In this document: positions 17,446 through 26,455 of the stretch, in pieces
Layout: each line of letters begins with the position of its first letter
Position numbering within the stretch: the stretch's first letter is position 1
Origin: Trueperaceae bacterium
GTDB taxonomy: Bacteria > Deinococcota > Deinococci > Deinococcales > Trueperaceae
Reading direction: 5' to 3'
Assembly (NCBI GenBank): GCA_035703635.1
Contig: DASSXV010000063.1
Coordinates: 1 to 32,598, forward strand
Length of the DNA: 32,598 nt
The notes under the pieces: model-generated
Databases searched by the model: none
The model's input: the letters and a program-made list of their open reading frames with translations, nothing else
Told to the model about the DNA's origin: nothing
Translations under genes and position numbers: made by a program

Positions 17446-17694
17446 ATGGCGCATACACCTTTCTACCTGGAGGCGCAGATCAAGAACCTCCTCCAAGATG
17501 CGCGCTCCCTGGCCGACACGAAGCGCTTGGCCGATGTCTTCGAGATCGAGCTGTTCAGCTTGGAGCAGGCGGTGCGCGAGGCGCTCAGTTCGCGCTCCGA
17601 AGCCGACTGCCGCGCCGCCTTGGCTCAGGGGCGCAAGCTCGTCAAGACGATCGAGGACGCGCCTGACAAGTCGGGAGGGTTGCTCATCCGTTGA
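17446..17694 (+). CDS. Small hypothetical alpha-helical protein (82 aa)
   Basis: MAHTPFYLEAQIKNLLQDARSLADTKRLADVFEIELFSLE...; GC3-rich codon usage; CAGACT-6 nt-ATG leaderless-type start. Confidence 0.7.
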   Translation: MAHTPFYLEAQIKNLLQDARSLADTKRLADVFEIELFSLEQAVREALSSRSEADCRAALAQGRKLVKTIEDAPDKSGGLLIR

Positions 17695-17772
17695 CGCCGA
17701 ATCGCGTGCGCGGCCTGCGAGCGTGGTTGGCGCGGGCGGCCACACGCCGTCCGGATTGGCTAGGCTGGTGGC

Positions 17773-18573
17773 ATGGAGATCTTGATCCTACCTACTGCCG
17801 CTCACGCTGAGCGCCTTGCCGCACGCCTCGTCGCCGATCGGTTGAAGGCCAAGCCTGACCTCGTCCTCGGTTGCGCGACCGGCCGCACCATGGAAGGCAT
17901 CTATGAGAGCCTGGTCGGGCTTGCTCGAGCAGAGCAGCTAGACTTCTCTCGCGCTCACACCTTCAATCTCGACGAGTACGTCGGTTTGGGCGCCGATGAC
18001 GAGCGCTCGTACCACCACTACATGGAGGAGAAGCTCTTCTCTCGCGTCAACTTGCGCGAAGAGCACACGCACCTCCCGAACGGCGTCGCCGCCGACCTAG
18101 CCGCGGAGGCCGCTAGCTACGAGCAACGCATCCGCGCCGTCGGCGGCATCGACTTGCAGCTGCTAGGTCTCGGGAACTCTGGGCACATCGGCTTCAACGA
18201 GCCGCTCTCCTCCCTCATGTCACGCACGCGCGAGAAGGCTCTCGCCCCGCAAACGCGGCAGCAGAACGCTGGCATGTTCGGAGGCGACCCGGAGAAGGTT
18301 CCGCCGCGCGCCCTCACCATGGGCGTTGGGACCATCCTCGAGGCCCGCGAGGTGATCATGGTCGTTACTGGCGCACACAAGGCCAACATCCTCGCGACGG
18401 CCACCGAGGGACCGATCACGTCCATGGTCAGCGCGACGGCCTTGCAGCTCCACCCTCACTGTCATGTGCTGGTCGACGAGGCCGCGGCAACTGAGTTGGT
18501 CGGGCGCGATTACTACCAGTGGACTTTCCATAACGAGCCAGACTGGGCGCCGTACCACGACCTGTTGAGCTGA
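17773..18573 (+). CDS. nagB: Glucosamine-6-phosphate deaminase
   Basis: LGCATGRTM, TFNLDEY, GGIDLQLLGLGNSGHIGFNEP, ALTMGVGTI, LQLHP; TAGGCT-6 nt-ATG. Confidence 0.93.
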   Translation: MEILILPTAAHAERLAARLVADRLKAKPDLVLGCATGRTMEGIYESLVGLARAEQLDFSRAHTFNLDEYVGLGADDERSYHHYMEEKLFSRVNLREEHTHLPNGVAADLAAEAASYEQRIRAVGGIDLQLLGLGNSGHIGFNEPLSSLMSRTREKALAPQTRQQNAGMFGGDPEKVPPRALTMGVGTILEAREVIMVVTGAHKANILATATEGPITSMVSATALQLHPHCHVLVDEAAATELVGRDYYQWTFHNEPDWAPYHDLLS

Positions 18574-18665
18574 GCTAGGTAACACTCGCCCGTTGCGCAC
18601 GGCGCAACCGGGTGTACGGTGAGGCACGGCACATTTCGTGTGCTCTTGCCTCAGGAGGTTGACTC

Positions 18666-18890
18666 ATGGAATCCTGGCTCACGACCCTCATGACGCCGGA
18701 CGCGCAAAGCGGCTTCGAGCTGGCCATCAAGATGGCGCGCATGGGCGTGAAGTACACGCAACCGTCAGCCGAAGCGCGCGACCGGTTGCGCCCCGCCTAC
18801 GCGAACGACGCGGATAGCCTGACGATGGCTTCGCAGGTCATCGCCCTCAACTTCCAGACGGTGGCGGCAGCCAACAACTACTGGCGCTAG
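18666..18890 (+). CDS. Hexameric tyrosine-coordinated heme protein (HTHP)
   Basis: WL.TL.T...GFELAIK.AR..VK.TQP...LR..Y..DA..L...A..FQT.AAAN.YW matches the HTHP family as recalled, including heme-ligand Tyr and partner Arg; SD GGAGG. Confidence 0.88.
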   Translation: MESWLTTLMTPDAQSGFELAIKMARMGVKYTQPSAEARDRLRPAYANDADSLTMASQVIALNFQTVAAANNYWR

Positions 18891-18953
18891 GCGCGCCCAC
18901 GACGGTCAGGCTGCACGGCACGACGTCAAACCATAGGTGGCGCCTCGACTCGC

Positions 18954-20960
18954 TCAGGCGGCCTGCTCGGCCCCCTCGAACTGCGAGCGGTATAGGTCGG
19001 CGTAGCTACCGCCGCGTTGCAGTAGTTCCTCGTGCGAGCCGCGCTCGACGATGCGCCCCTCCTCCATGACGAGGATGGTATCCGCCCCGACGATGGTCGA
19101 GAGGCGGTGCGCGATCACGAACGACGTGCGGTTACCGCGCAGCGCGATCATGGCCTGCTGCAGTAGCAACTCCGTGCGGGTATCGACGGAGCTAGTTGCC
19201 TCGTCGAGGATGAGCAGGGCCGGGTCGGCGAGGAAGGCGCGCGCGATGGTGATGAGTTGCTTCTCGCCAGCGCTAACGTTGCTGCCCTCGTCGTCGATCA
19301 CGGTGTCGTAACCGTCCGGCAGACTGTGCACGAAGCGGTCGACGAAGGCCGCGCGCGCGGCGCCCATTATCTCTTCCTCGCTGGCGTCAGGGCGCCCGTA
19401 CGCGATGTTGTCGCGGATGGTGCCCTTGAACAGCCAGGTGTCCTGCAGGACCATGCCGATGTTCGTGCGCAGCTCGGCGCGGCTCATGGCCGCGATGTCT
19501 ACGCCATCGAGCGTGATCCTGCCGGCGTCAAGCTCGTAGAAGCGCATGAGGAGGTTGACGAGGGTCGTCTTCCCCGCCCCGGTCGGTCCGACGATGGCGA
19601 CCGTGCGCCCCGGCTCGGCCGTGAGCGAGAGGTCCTCGATGAGCGGGCGGTCATCCTCGTAGCGGAAGGAGACGTTCTCGAACGTCACGCGCCCAGCGAC
19701 CTCGCCGGTGAGGCGCTGGCCAACGACTTCTGGGCTCTCCTCCACCGCGTCGAGGAGCTCGAAGACGCGTTCGGCGGAAGCCACGCCAGACTGCAGCATG
19801 TTGATCATCGATGCTATCTGCGTGACGGGTTGCGTGAACTGCCGCGAGTACTGGATGAACGCCTGGATCTCGCCGAGGCTAAGGATGCCGCTAGCGACGC
19901 GCAGGCCGCCTATCACGGCGACGGCCGCGTAATTGAGGTTACCGATGAAGCTAGCGGCGGGCATGATCAGGCCGGAGAGGAACTGCGCCCTGAAGCTCGC
20001 GTCGTAGACGGCGTCATTCTCGACCTCGAAGACCTTCTGGACTTCCTGCTGGCGCCCGAACACCTTGACGAGCGCGTGCCCCGTGTACGCCTCCTCGATG
20101 GCGGAGTTCAGGGTGCCGGTGCGCCGCCACTGCTGCGTGAACTGCTTGCCGCTGCGGCTCATGACGAGGATGGCGACGACCATGGTGAGCGGGATGCTGA
20201 GCAGCGCCACGAGCGTGAGCACTGGCGAGATGGTCAGCATCATCACGAGCATGAACACCACCGTCAAGGTCGCGGTGAGGAACTGGCTCATCGTCTGTTG
20301 CAGGCTCTGTGAGACGTTGTCGATGTCGTTGGTGACGCGGCTGAGGAGTTCGCCGCGGGGCTGGGCGTCGAAGTAGCGCAACGGCAAGCGGTTCAGCTTC
20401 TCCTCTATCGAGCGCCGGAAGCCGAAGACGGTGGCGTTCACGACGTCGTTGAGCAAGTAGCCCTGCACGAACTGCAGTAGCGAAGAGAGCACGTAGATGC
20501 CCATCACGATGAGCAGGACCTGACCGACCGCCGTGAAGTCGACGCCATGCCCCGGCACGAGGTCGATGCCGCTCAAAAGTTCGGCGACCTTGTTCTGCCC
20601 GGCGGCGCGCGTGGCCGCGATGGCCTGCTCCTTGGTCATGCCTGCCGGGAACATCTTGCCGATCACGCCGCCGAAGATGAGGTCGGTTGCGCGGCCGAGG
20701 ATGCGGGGGCCGAGCGAGGCGAGGGCGACCGACACGACGGCGGCGGCGACCAGCAGGCCGACCTTCAGCCTGTGTGGCGCCAAGTAGGAGAGCAGTCGCC
20801 GCAGCGACGGGCCGAAGCTGTTCGCCTTCTGCCCTACTCCGCCGCTACGCCCGAACATGCCTCCGCCGGTGACGCGCTCGGTTGTCTTCATGGTGCGGCC
20901 GGCCTTCGGGGTGGTCGCGGCTGCTTCGGCTGACGCCGCGGCCGCAGTGCGCCGGCTCAT
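18954..20960 (-). CDS. Heterodimeric ABC exporter, ATP-binding/permease subunit (Rv1272c/TM288-like)
   Basis: TMD plus NBD: GPTGAGKT, VSAGEKQL, LILDE, AHR. Confidence 0.95.
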   Translation of the reverse strand: MSRRTAAAASAEAAATTPKAGRTMKTTERVTGGGMFGRSGGVGQKANSFGPSLRRLLSYLAPHRLKVGLLVAAAVVSVALASLGPRILGRATDLIFGGVIGKMFPAGMTKEQAIAATRAAGQNKVAELLSGIDLVPGHGVDFTAVGQVLLIVMGIYVLSSLLQFVQGYLLNDVVNATVFGFRRSIEEKLNRLPLRYFDAQPRGELLSRVTNDIDNVSQSLQQTMSQFLTATLTVVFMLVMMLTISPVLTLVALLSIPLTMVVAILVMSRSGKQFTQQWRRTGTLNSAIEEAYTGHALVKVFGRQQEVQKVFEVENDAVYDASFRAQFLSGLIMPAASFIGNLNYAAVAVIGGLRVASGILSLGEIQAFIQYSRQFTQPVTQIASMINMLQSGVASAERVFELLDAVEESPEVVGQRLTGEVAGRVTFENVSFRYEDDRPLIEDLSLTAEPGRTVAIVGPTGAGKTTLVNLLMRFYELDAGRITLDGVDIAAMSRAELRTNIGMVLQDTWLFKGTIRDNIAYGRPDASEEEIMGAARAAFVDRFVHSLPDGYDTVIDDEGSNVSAGEKQLITIARAFLADPALLILDEATSSVDTRTELLLQQAMIALRGNRTSFVIAHRLSTIVGADTILVMEEGRIVERGSHEELLQRGGSYADLYRSQFEGAEQAA

Positions 20961-22687
20961 GCCGCCACCTGCGCCTGGGATTCGACGATCTCCTGATAAG
21001 TCGGCGAGCTCCTCAACAACTCGTCGTGGGTACCCATCCCGACCACCTTGCCGTCGTCGAGGACGACGATGCGGTCGGCTTCCTGGATGGTCGCCACGCG
21101 TTGCGCCACGATGAGCACGGCGGCGTCACGCGTTGCTGGGGCGAGGGCACGCCTGAGGCGCATATCGGTCGCCACGTCGAGCGCCGAGAAGGAGTCGTCG
21201 AAGACGTAGACGACGGGACGCCTTACTAGCGCCCGCGCGATCGCTAGGCGCTGGCGCTGCCCGCCTGAGACGTTGGTGCCGCCCTGCGCGATGGGCGATT
21301 CGAGGCCCTCCGGCATGGCGCTGACGAAACCGGTCGCCTGCGCGATATCGAGGGCGTGCCACAAGTCCGCGTCGGTTGCCTCAGGGTCGCCGTAGCGCAG
21401 GTTGCTCGCCACCGTGCCCGTGAACAAGTAAGCCTTCTGGGGCACGAGGCCGATGCGCTCCCAGAGCGCGTCTGGCTCGTACTCGCGCACGTCGATGCCG
21501 TCGACGAGCACGGCGCCACTTGTGACGTCGAATAGGCGCGGGATGAGGCTGATCAGGGTCGTCTTGCCTGCCCCAGTCGAACCGATCACGGCGACCGTCT
21601 CGCCCGGCGCCACGCTGAAGCTGACGTTGGCCAGCACCGGGTGGGTTGCGCCCGGATAGCTGTAGCTAACGTCACGGAACTCGACGGTGCCCGTGCGGCT
21701 GGTAGGGACTAAGCCTCCGCCGAGTGGCGCCGCCACGCTCGGCGTCGCGCTCAGCACCTCGCCGATGCGGCCGGCCGAGACCGAGGCGCGCGGCAGGAGC
21801 ATCAACAGCATGGTCGACATAAGCAGCGCCATGAGGATCTGGAGCAGGTAGCTGAGGTAGGCGGTCATCGACCCGATCTCCATCAGCCCGGCGTCTACGC
21901 GCATGCCTCCGAACCACAGCACCGCGACGGTGGAGGCGTTGAGGACGAGCATGACGAGGGGAAACAGCAAGGCCATCCAGCGACCTACGTAGAGCGTTAC
22001 GTCGGTCAACTCCTTGTTGGCCGCGTCGAAGCGCTGCTCCTCGAAAGGTTCGCGAACGAACGCGCGCACTACCCGGATGCCGCCGATCTGCTCGCGCAGC
22101 ACCTGGTTGACCCTGTCGATGCGCTTCTGCATCTTCTGGAAGCCTGGCACCATGCGCAGCAGCACCAACCCGACGGCCGCGACGAGCACGGGCACGGCGA
22201 CGGCCACGAGCCACGAGAGCCCAAGGTCCTGGCGCATGGCCATGATCACGCCGCCGACCATCATTATCGGAGCGGTGACGAGCATCGCGAAGCTCATGAA
22301 GAGCAGGGTCTGCACTTGCAGCACGTCGTTAGTCGTACGCGTGAGGAGCGACGGCGCACCGAACTGGCTCAGTTCGCGAGCGGAGAACTCGCCTACGTGC
22401 TTGAAGACGCCTGAACGGAGGTCGCGCCCGAAGCCCATCGAGGTGCGAGCGGAGAGATAGACGGCGACGATGGTGGCCGCCACCTGCAACAGGGACACGC
22501 CGAGCATGATGGCGCCTTGCTTCAAGATGTAGTTCGTGTCGCCAAGCACGATGCCCTTGTCGATGATGGCGGCGTTGATGCTCGGCAGCAGCAGGGTCGC
22601 GATCGTAGCCACGAACTGCAGACCGACGATGAACCAGAAGGGGCGGTAGTACGGCTTCATGTACCGCATGATGATTCTCAACAACAT
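20957..22687 (-). CDS. Heterodimeric ABC exporter, ATP-binding/permease subunit (Rv1273c/TM287-like)
   Basis: TMD plus NBD: GSTGAGKT, VSGGQRQR, degenerate Walker B VFDD and AQR switch; ATGA overlap with partner. Confidence 0.95.
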   Translation of the reverse strand: MLLRIIMRYMKPYYRPFWFIVGLQFVATIATLLLPSINAAIIDKGIVLGDTNYILKQGAIMLGVSLLQVAATIVAVYLSARTSMGFGRDLRSGVFKHVGEFSARELSQFGAPSLLTRTTNDVLQVQTLLFMSFAMLVTAPIMMVGGVIMAMRQDLGLSWLVAVAVPVLVAAVGLVLLRMVPGFQKMQKRIDRVNQVLREQIGGIRVVRAFVREPFEEQRFDAANKELTDVTLYVGRWMALLFPLVMLVLNASTVAVLWFGGMRVDAGLMEIGSMTAYLSYLLQILMALLMSTMLLMLLPRASVSAGRIGEVLSATPSVAAPLGGGLVPTSRTGTVEFRDVSYSYPGATHPVLANVSFSVAPGETVAVIGSTGAGKTTLISLIPRLFDVTSGAVLVDGIDVREYEPDALWERIGLVPQKAYLFTGTVASNLRYGDPEATDADLWHALDIAQATGFVSAMPEGLESPIAQGGTNVSGGQRQRLAIARALVRRPVVYVFDDSFSALDVATDMRLRRALAPATRDAAVLIVAQRVATIQEADRIVVLDDGKVVGMGTHDELLRSSPTYQEIVESQAQVAA

Positions 22688-22695
22688 CTTCTAGA

Positions 22696-23301
22696 TCACC
22701 CTTCCTGTGGGGACTTGAGGGCGCCCCTAAGGCAGAACCTGACGATATCTTCGGCCGTTGCGCGGTCCTCGGCCGCGAGGTGAGGCATGCGGCTGGCGAA
22801 GAGCAAAGTGCTGAACATGTGGGAGAAGCGCGCTGGCGTGACCCTGAGTTCGGCGGCGTGTGGGGTCGTGACGGCAACCACGGCGTCGGAAACCGCGCCT
22901 AGCCACTCACGTATGGCGCCTTGGCCGCGGACCTGGCTCTCGCGCGCAGGGTCTGCGAGGCCGTGAAGGGCGACTACCAACGGGTACACGTCCGTGATGC
23001 TCGGCAGTACGACGTTGGCTACGCCGACGAGGCCCGCGTCTAGCGTTTCGTCACCGACGAAGCGCGCGAGCTTCTCCCTCAGCGGGCGAGGGTCGAGCCG
23101 GTGCCCGATGACAGCCATGAGCAGAGAGTGCTTGTCCTCGAACGCGCAGAAGAGCGTGCCCTCCGCCACCCCCGCCGCTGCCGCTAGCTCGCGCGTCGTC
23201 ACGGCCGCGCCACGAGCCGCGAGGAGCGGCGTTACCCGTTCGATTATCTTGAGCCGCCGCGCTTCTCGGTCGAGAGGCGGCGCGCGTCTAGGTCTAGTCA
23301 C
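22696..23301 (-). CDS. TetR/AcrR-family transcriptional regulator
   Basis: N-terminal HTH TTRELAAAAGVAEGTLFCAFEDK; 8 nt gap to the ABC genes. Confidence 0.92.
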   Translation of the reverse strand: MTRPRRAPPLDREARRLKIIERVTPLLAARGAAVTTRELAAAAGVAEGTLFCAFEDKHSLLMAVIGHRLDPRPLREKLARFVGDETLDAGLVGVANVVLPSITDVYPLVVALHGLADPARESQVRGQGAIREWLGAVSDAVVAVTTPHAAELRVTPARFSHMFSTLLFASRMPHLAAEDRATAEDIVRFCLRGALKSPQEG

Positions 23302-23307
23302 CGCGAG

Positions 23308-23327
23308 AGTATAAGTGAGCGCTCACT
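23308..23327 (-). promoter_or_regulatory. Leaderless -10 (TATACT) with abutting perfect 14-bp palindrome AGTGAGCGCTCACT, candidate TetR operator
   Basis: TATACT at 23313-23308, 6 nt before the GTG; palindrome 23314-23327. Confidence 0.75.
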
Positions 23328-23379
23328 CAGTTAGCTGTGAGCGGCGATACCGTGCCTTTGGCCCTAGACCCGGTAGGAG

Positions 23380-23586
23380 TCAGCTGCGCTTGCGAGCCGT
23401 CAACGCCGCACCTAATGTCGCTCCGGCTGCAGCGATCATGACGATGGCGATCACGATGAAGGCAGTCCGCGTAGCGGACGGAGCGCCTGCGGCCGCCGCC
23501 ACGCCGAAGATGCCGCCGATCAGTGCGAGGAATATGGCCACCAGGTAACGACCCGTGTTGGTGCTCGAGCTTGGCTTCGAATCCAT
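23380..23586 (-). CDS. Small two-TM membrane protein (68 aa)
   Basis: Two hydrophobic helices, basic C-terminus; TAGGAT-6 nt-ATG. Confidence 0.7.
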   Translation of the reverse strand: MDSKPSSSTNTGRYLVAIFLALIGGIFGVAAAAGAPSATRTAFIVIAIVMIAAAGATLGAALTARKRS

Positions 23587-23629
23587 GCCACGATCCTATT
23601 CCGTTAGCGCTGCGGCCGTAACTACTGCC

Positions 23630-25453
23630 TCAATCGCCTCCGGTCAACACGCCTTCGGTAGCCTGGGCGTTCGTCTTCCGGAGCGGCACCTCGGGGATGA
23701 ACCACGTGACGAGCCAACCCACGAGGACGATGAAGATGGCGATGAAGTAGACGCGCGTGACCGCGGAAGCGAACGCTTTGCGCACGCCGAGCGTCACCTC
23801 CCCGATCACGGTCTGCGCCTGGGCGTCGAGCTCGGACTTCAGGTTGGTCAAGAGCGCAGCCGTTGCTTGCGGATCGCCTTTAGCTCGTTCGTAAGCCGCG
23901 GTGATGCCCGCGCGCGCCTGCTCCGGCAACCCCATGGCCGTGAGTTGCGCGGCTAGCGCAGCGTCGTCTCCCCCGTCGATCGCGGCGGAGAGGCTCCTGT
24001 ACCTCGCGGCGAACGCCTCGTCGACCTGCGCGGCCACCGCGGCGGTGCCAGCGGAGCTGACGCCTGCGGCGCTACCGCCAACGGCCGCTGGTGGAGCCCC
24101 GAGCCCTGCTGGCATGTTGAGGGCGATGTTCGCAAGCAACGAAGTGGTGAGCACGGTCCCGAGCAGCGCCGTCCCGAACAGCCCGCCTATCTGCCTGAAG
24201 AACTGCACGGCGCTCGTCGCCTGGCCTACCTTGCGCACGTCGACGGCATTCTGCACCGCCAGCGTGAGGAGCGGCAGCGACGGGCCGAGGCCCAACCCAG
24301 CAACGGCCATGTAAACGGCAACCTGCCAGAAGGGGATGTCGAAGTCCATGCGTGAGAGGAGGAACACGCCAACCAGGAGGATGAAACCGCCGATGAGTAA
24401 CAGCGCGCGGTAGTGACCGACTCGCGAGACGATCTGCCCAGAAACTATCGACCCGAACACGACCCCAAGCGACAACGGCACGAGGCTAAGGCCGGCGCTC
24501 GTGGCCGACACGCCTACCACGTTCACCATGAACAGCGGCAGGAACGCCACGATGCTGAGGAAGGCGGCGCCCACGAAGAAACCGGCCAAGTTCGACGTGC
24601 TGAAGACCCTGTTGCTGAACAGCCTCATGTCGAGGACGGGGTTGGGCACACGCAGGGAGCGCAGCACGAACAACGCCGTCAGCACCACGCCGCCAGCCAG
24701 GAGCGCGATCGTGAGCGGTGCGCCCCACGGGTGCGCCGTCTTGTCAAGCTGCAGGCCGAGCACGAGCGGCACCAACCCACCTACGAGCAGCACGACCGAC
24801 AGCGCGTCAAGCCGCCCCTTCTCACCGTGCGGCAGTAGCGCCGGCATGCGTGTAATCACGAAAATGAGCGCGAGGATGCCGAAAGGCAGGTTGACGTAGA
24901 ACACCCACCGCCAGCCTGCGATGCCGGGGATGATGGCGCCGCCGTGATCCGTCAGCAGCCCACCTATCAGTGGCCCGATCACGCTAGCGATGCCGAAGAC
25001 GCCGCCAGTCAAACCCTGGTACTTGCCGCGCTCGGACGGTGGGAACAGGTCGGCGATGATGATGAACGCCAACCCCAACAGCCCGGCGGCGCCTAGGCCC
25101 TGCAGCGCCCTGAAGACGATTAGTTGGTTCATGGCGTCGCCAAGGAGCGGTAGTTCGCCGAACTCGCCGGAGAGACCGCTGAGGAACGAGCCGGCAAGGA
25201 AGACGCTGATGGCCCACAACTCTATGGCGCGACGGCTGAACATGTCAGCGAGCTTGCCGTAGATTGGCACGAGCACGGTCGAGCCGACTAGGTACGCAGT
25301 GAACACCCAAGCGTAGCGCTCGAGTCCGCCAAGGTCGGCGACGATCTTCGGCAGGGCGGTCGCGACGATGGTCTGATCCAACGCCGCGAGGAACATGGCG
25401 AGGAGGATGCCGGTCAGCGTGAAGGCGCGGTCACGGTCGCTTAGGGGAACCAT
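23630..25453 (-). CDS. MDR-family MFS transporter (DHA2, 14 TM)
   Basis: LAALDQTIVATALP, YGKLADMFSRR, RALQGLG, GPLIGG, WRWVFYVNLPFG; extracytoplasmic helical insert before the last TM. Confidence 0.94.
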   Translation of the reverse strand: MVPLSDRDRAFTLTGILLAMFLAALDQTIVATALPKIVADLGGLERYAWVFTAYLVGSTVLVPIYGKLADMFSRRAIELWAISVFLAGSFLSGLSGEFGELPLLGDAMNQLIVFRALQGLGAAGLLGLAFIIIADLFPPSERGKYQGLTGGVFGIASVIGPLIGGLLTDHGGAIIPGIAGWRWVFYVNLPFGILALIFVITRMPALLPHGEKGRLDALSVVLLVGGLVPLVLGLQLDKTAHPWGAPLTIALLAGGVVLTALFVLRSLRVPNPVLDMRLFSNRVFSTSNLAGFFVGAAFLSIVAFLPLFMVNVVGVSATSAGLSLVPLSLGVVFGSIVSGQIVSRVGHYRALLLIGGFILLVGVFLLSRMDFDIPFWQVAVYMAVAGLGLGPSLPLLTLAVQNAVDVRKVGQATSAVQFFRQIGGLFGTALLGTVLTTSLLANIALNMPAGLGAPPAAVGGSAAGVSSAGTAAVAAQVDEAFAARYRSLSAAIDGGDDAALAAQLTAMGLPEQARAGITAAYERAKGDPQATAALLTNLKSELDAQAQTVIGEVTLGVRKAFASAVTRVYFIAIFIVLVGWLVTWFIPEVPLRKTNAQATEGVLTGGD

Positions 25454-25657
25454 GGTGACGCCCCATCTTTCAACCGCGGCATGTAGGTCCTACGTCCGAG
25501 TGTGAGCACGGGCTGGATGCTACGCCCGCAAACCGGCGGCGCGCGCGTCAGCGCTCACGCCGCTCGCGCCGTACGCGCTCCACCCCCGCACCCCCTCCAA
25601 CATGCGCCCAGCTGGTGCTTAAGTATGATGCCAGCTAATGCAGCGAGGAGGAACGCC

Positions 25658-26113
25658 ATGTCGAACGCCGTAACTCACCGCGCCATGCTGCAGGTGGCGC
25701 TCGCCGAAGCGCGCCTTGGCCTAAGTGAGGGCGGCGTCCCGATCGGCGCGGCACTCTACCGAAACGACGGCACGCTCCTCGGGCGCGGCCACAATCGGCG
25801 CGTGCAAGACGGCGATCCGAGCAGCCACGGTGAGACTGACGCGTTCCGCAACGCTGGGCGCCAACGCGATTACCTAGGCACCACCATGGTCACCACGCTC
25901 GAGCCGTGCTGGTACTGCAGCGGCCTCATCAAGCAGTTCGGCATTGGCACCGTGGTGATGGGCGAGTCGCGCACGTTCAAGGGCGGCGCCGACTGGCTGC
26001 GCACGCAGGGCGTGAAGGTCATCGACCTAGACGACCAGGAGTGCGTGCGACTCATGACCGAGTTCATCGCGGCCAGGCCGGAGTTATGGCACGAGGACAT
26101 CGGGGAGCGGTGA
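25658..26113 (+). CDS. Zn-dependent nucleoside/cytosine deaminase (yeast FCY1-like fold)
   Basis: EGGVPIGA, HNRRVQ, HGETDAFRNAGR, TTLEPCWYC, WHEDIGE; ATG 25658 with SD GAGGAGG and TATGAT at 25624-25629. Confidence 0.88.
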   Translation: MSNAVTHRAMLQVALAEARLGLSEGGVPIGAALYRNDGTLLGRGHNRRVQDGDPSSHGETDAFRNAGRQRDYLGTTMVTTLEPCWYCSGLIKQFGIGTVVMGESRTFKGGADWLRTQGVKVIDLDDQECVRLMTEFIAARPELWHEDIGER

Positions 26114-26407
26114 GTGGCAGGCAGTCCAGGCATCAGAACGGTCGAACGCACGCTAGCTGGCAGCGGCAGCACGGTGCGGCTGCTGCTCGAGGCGCTCCCA
26201 GGCCGGCGTGTGCGGGTGGTCGAGTACCACCGCAGGCGGGGGCCGGAGGGTAGGTTCGAGCGTGTTCGGGGTGAGGAGGGCGTTACATACCCGTTCGAGC
26301 AGTTGCGCCTCGATCAACCCTACGAGGCCGTCTTCCCGCAGCCTGGCCTCTTCGATGAGCTAGCCGCTCCCGCCGCAGCAGGCCGCCGGACCCGGAGGCG
26401 CCGCTGA
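26114..26407 (+). CDS. Hypothetical protein (97 aa)
   Basis: GTG directly after the deaminase stop; fills the gap to the next convergent gene; no family recognised. Confidence 0.55.
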   Translation: MAGSPGIRTVERTLAGSGSTVRLLLEALPGRRVRVVEYHRRRGPEGRFERVRGEEGVTYPFEQLRLDQPYEAVFPQPGLFDELAAPAAAGRRTRRRR

Positions 26408-26455
26408 TGGTTGGCGCCGAACGCCCGCAAGCGCCTGGTCTACCGACCTCGTCGC

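Noticed and set aside
23602-23614. GTTAGCGCTGCG resembling the LacI operator
   Set aside because: Only a half-site, and far from sugar genes
25502-25657. Upstream extension of the deaminase
   Set aside because: A -10 and a strong SD point to ATG 25658
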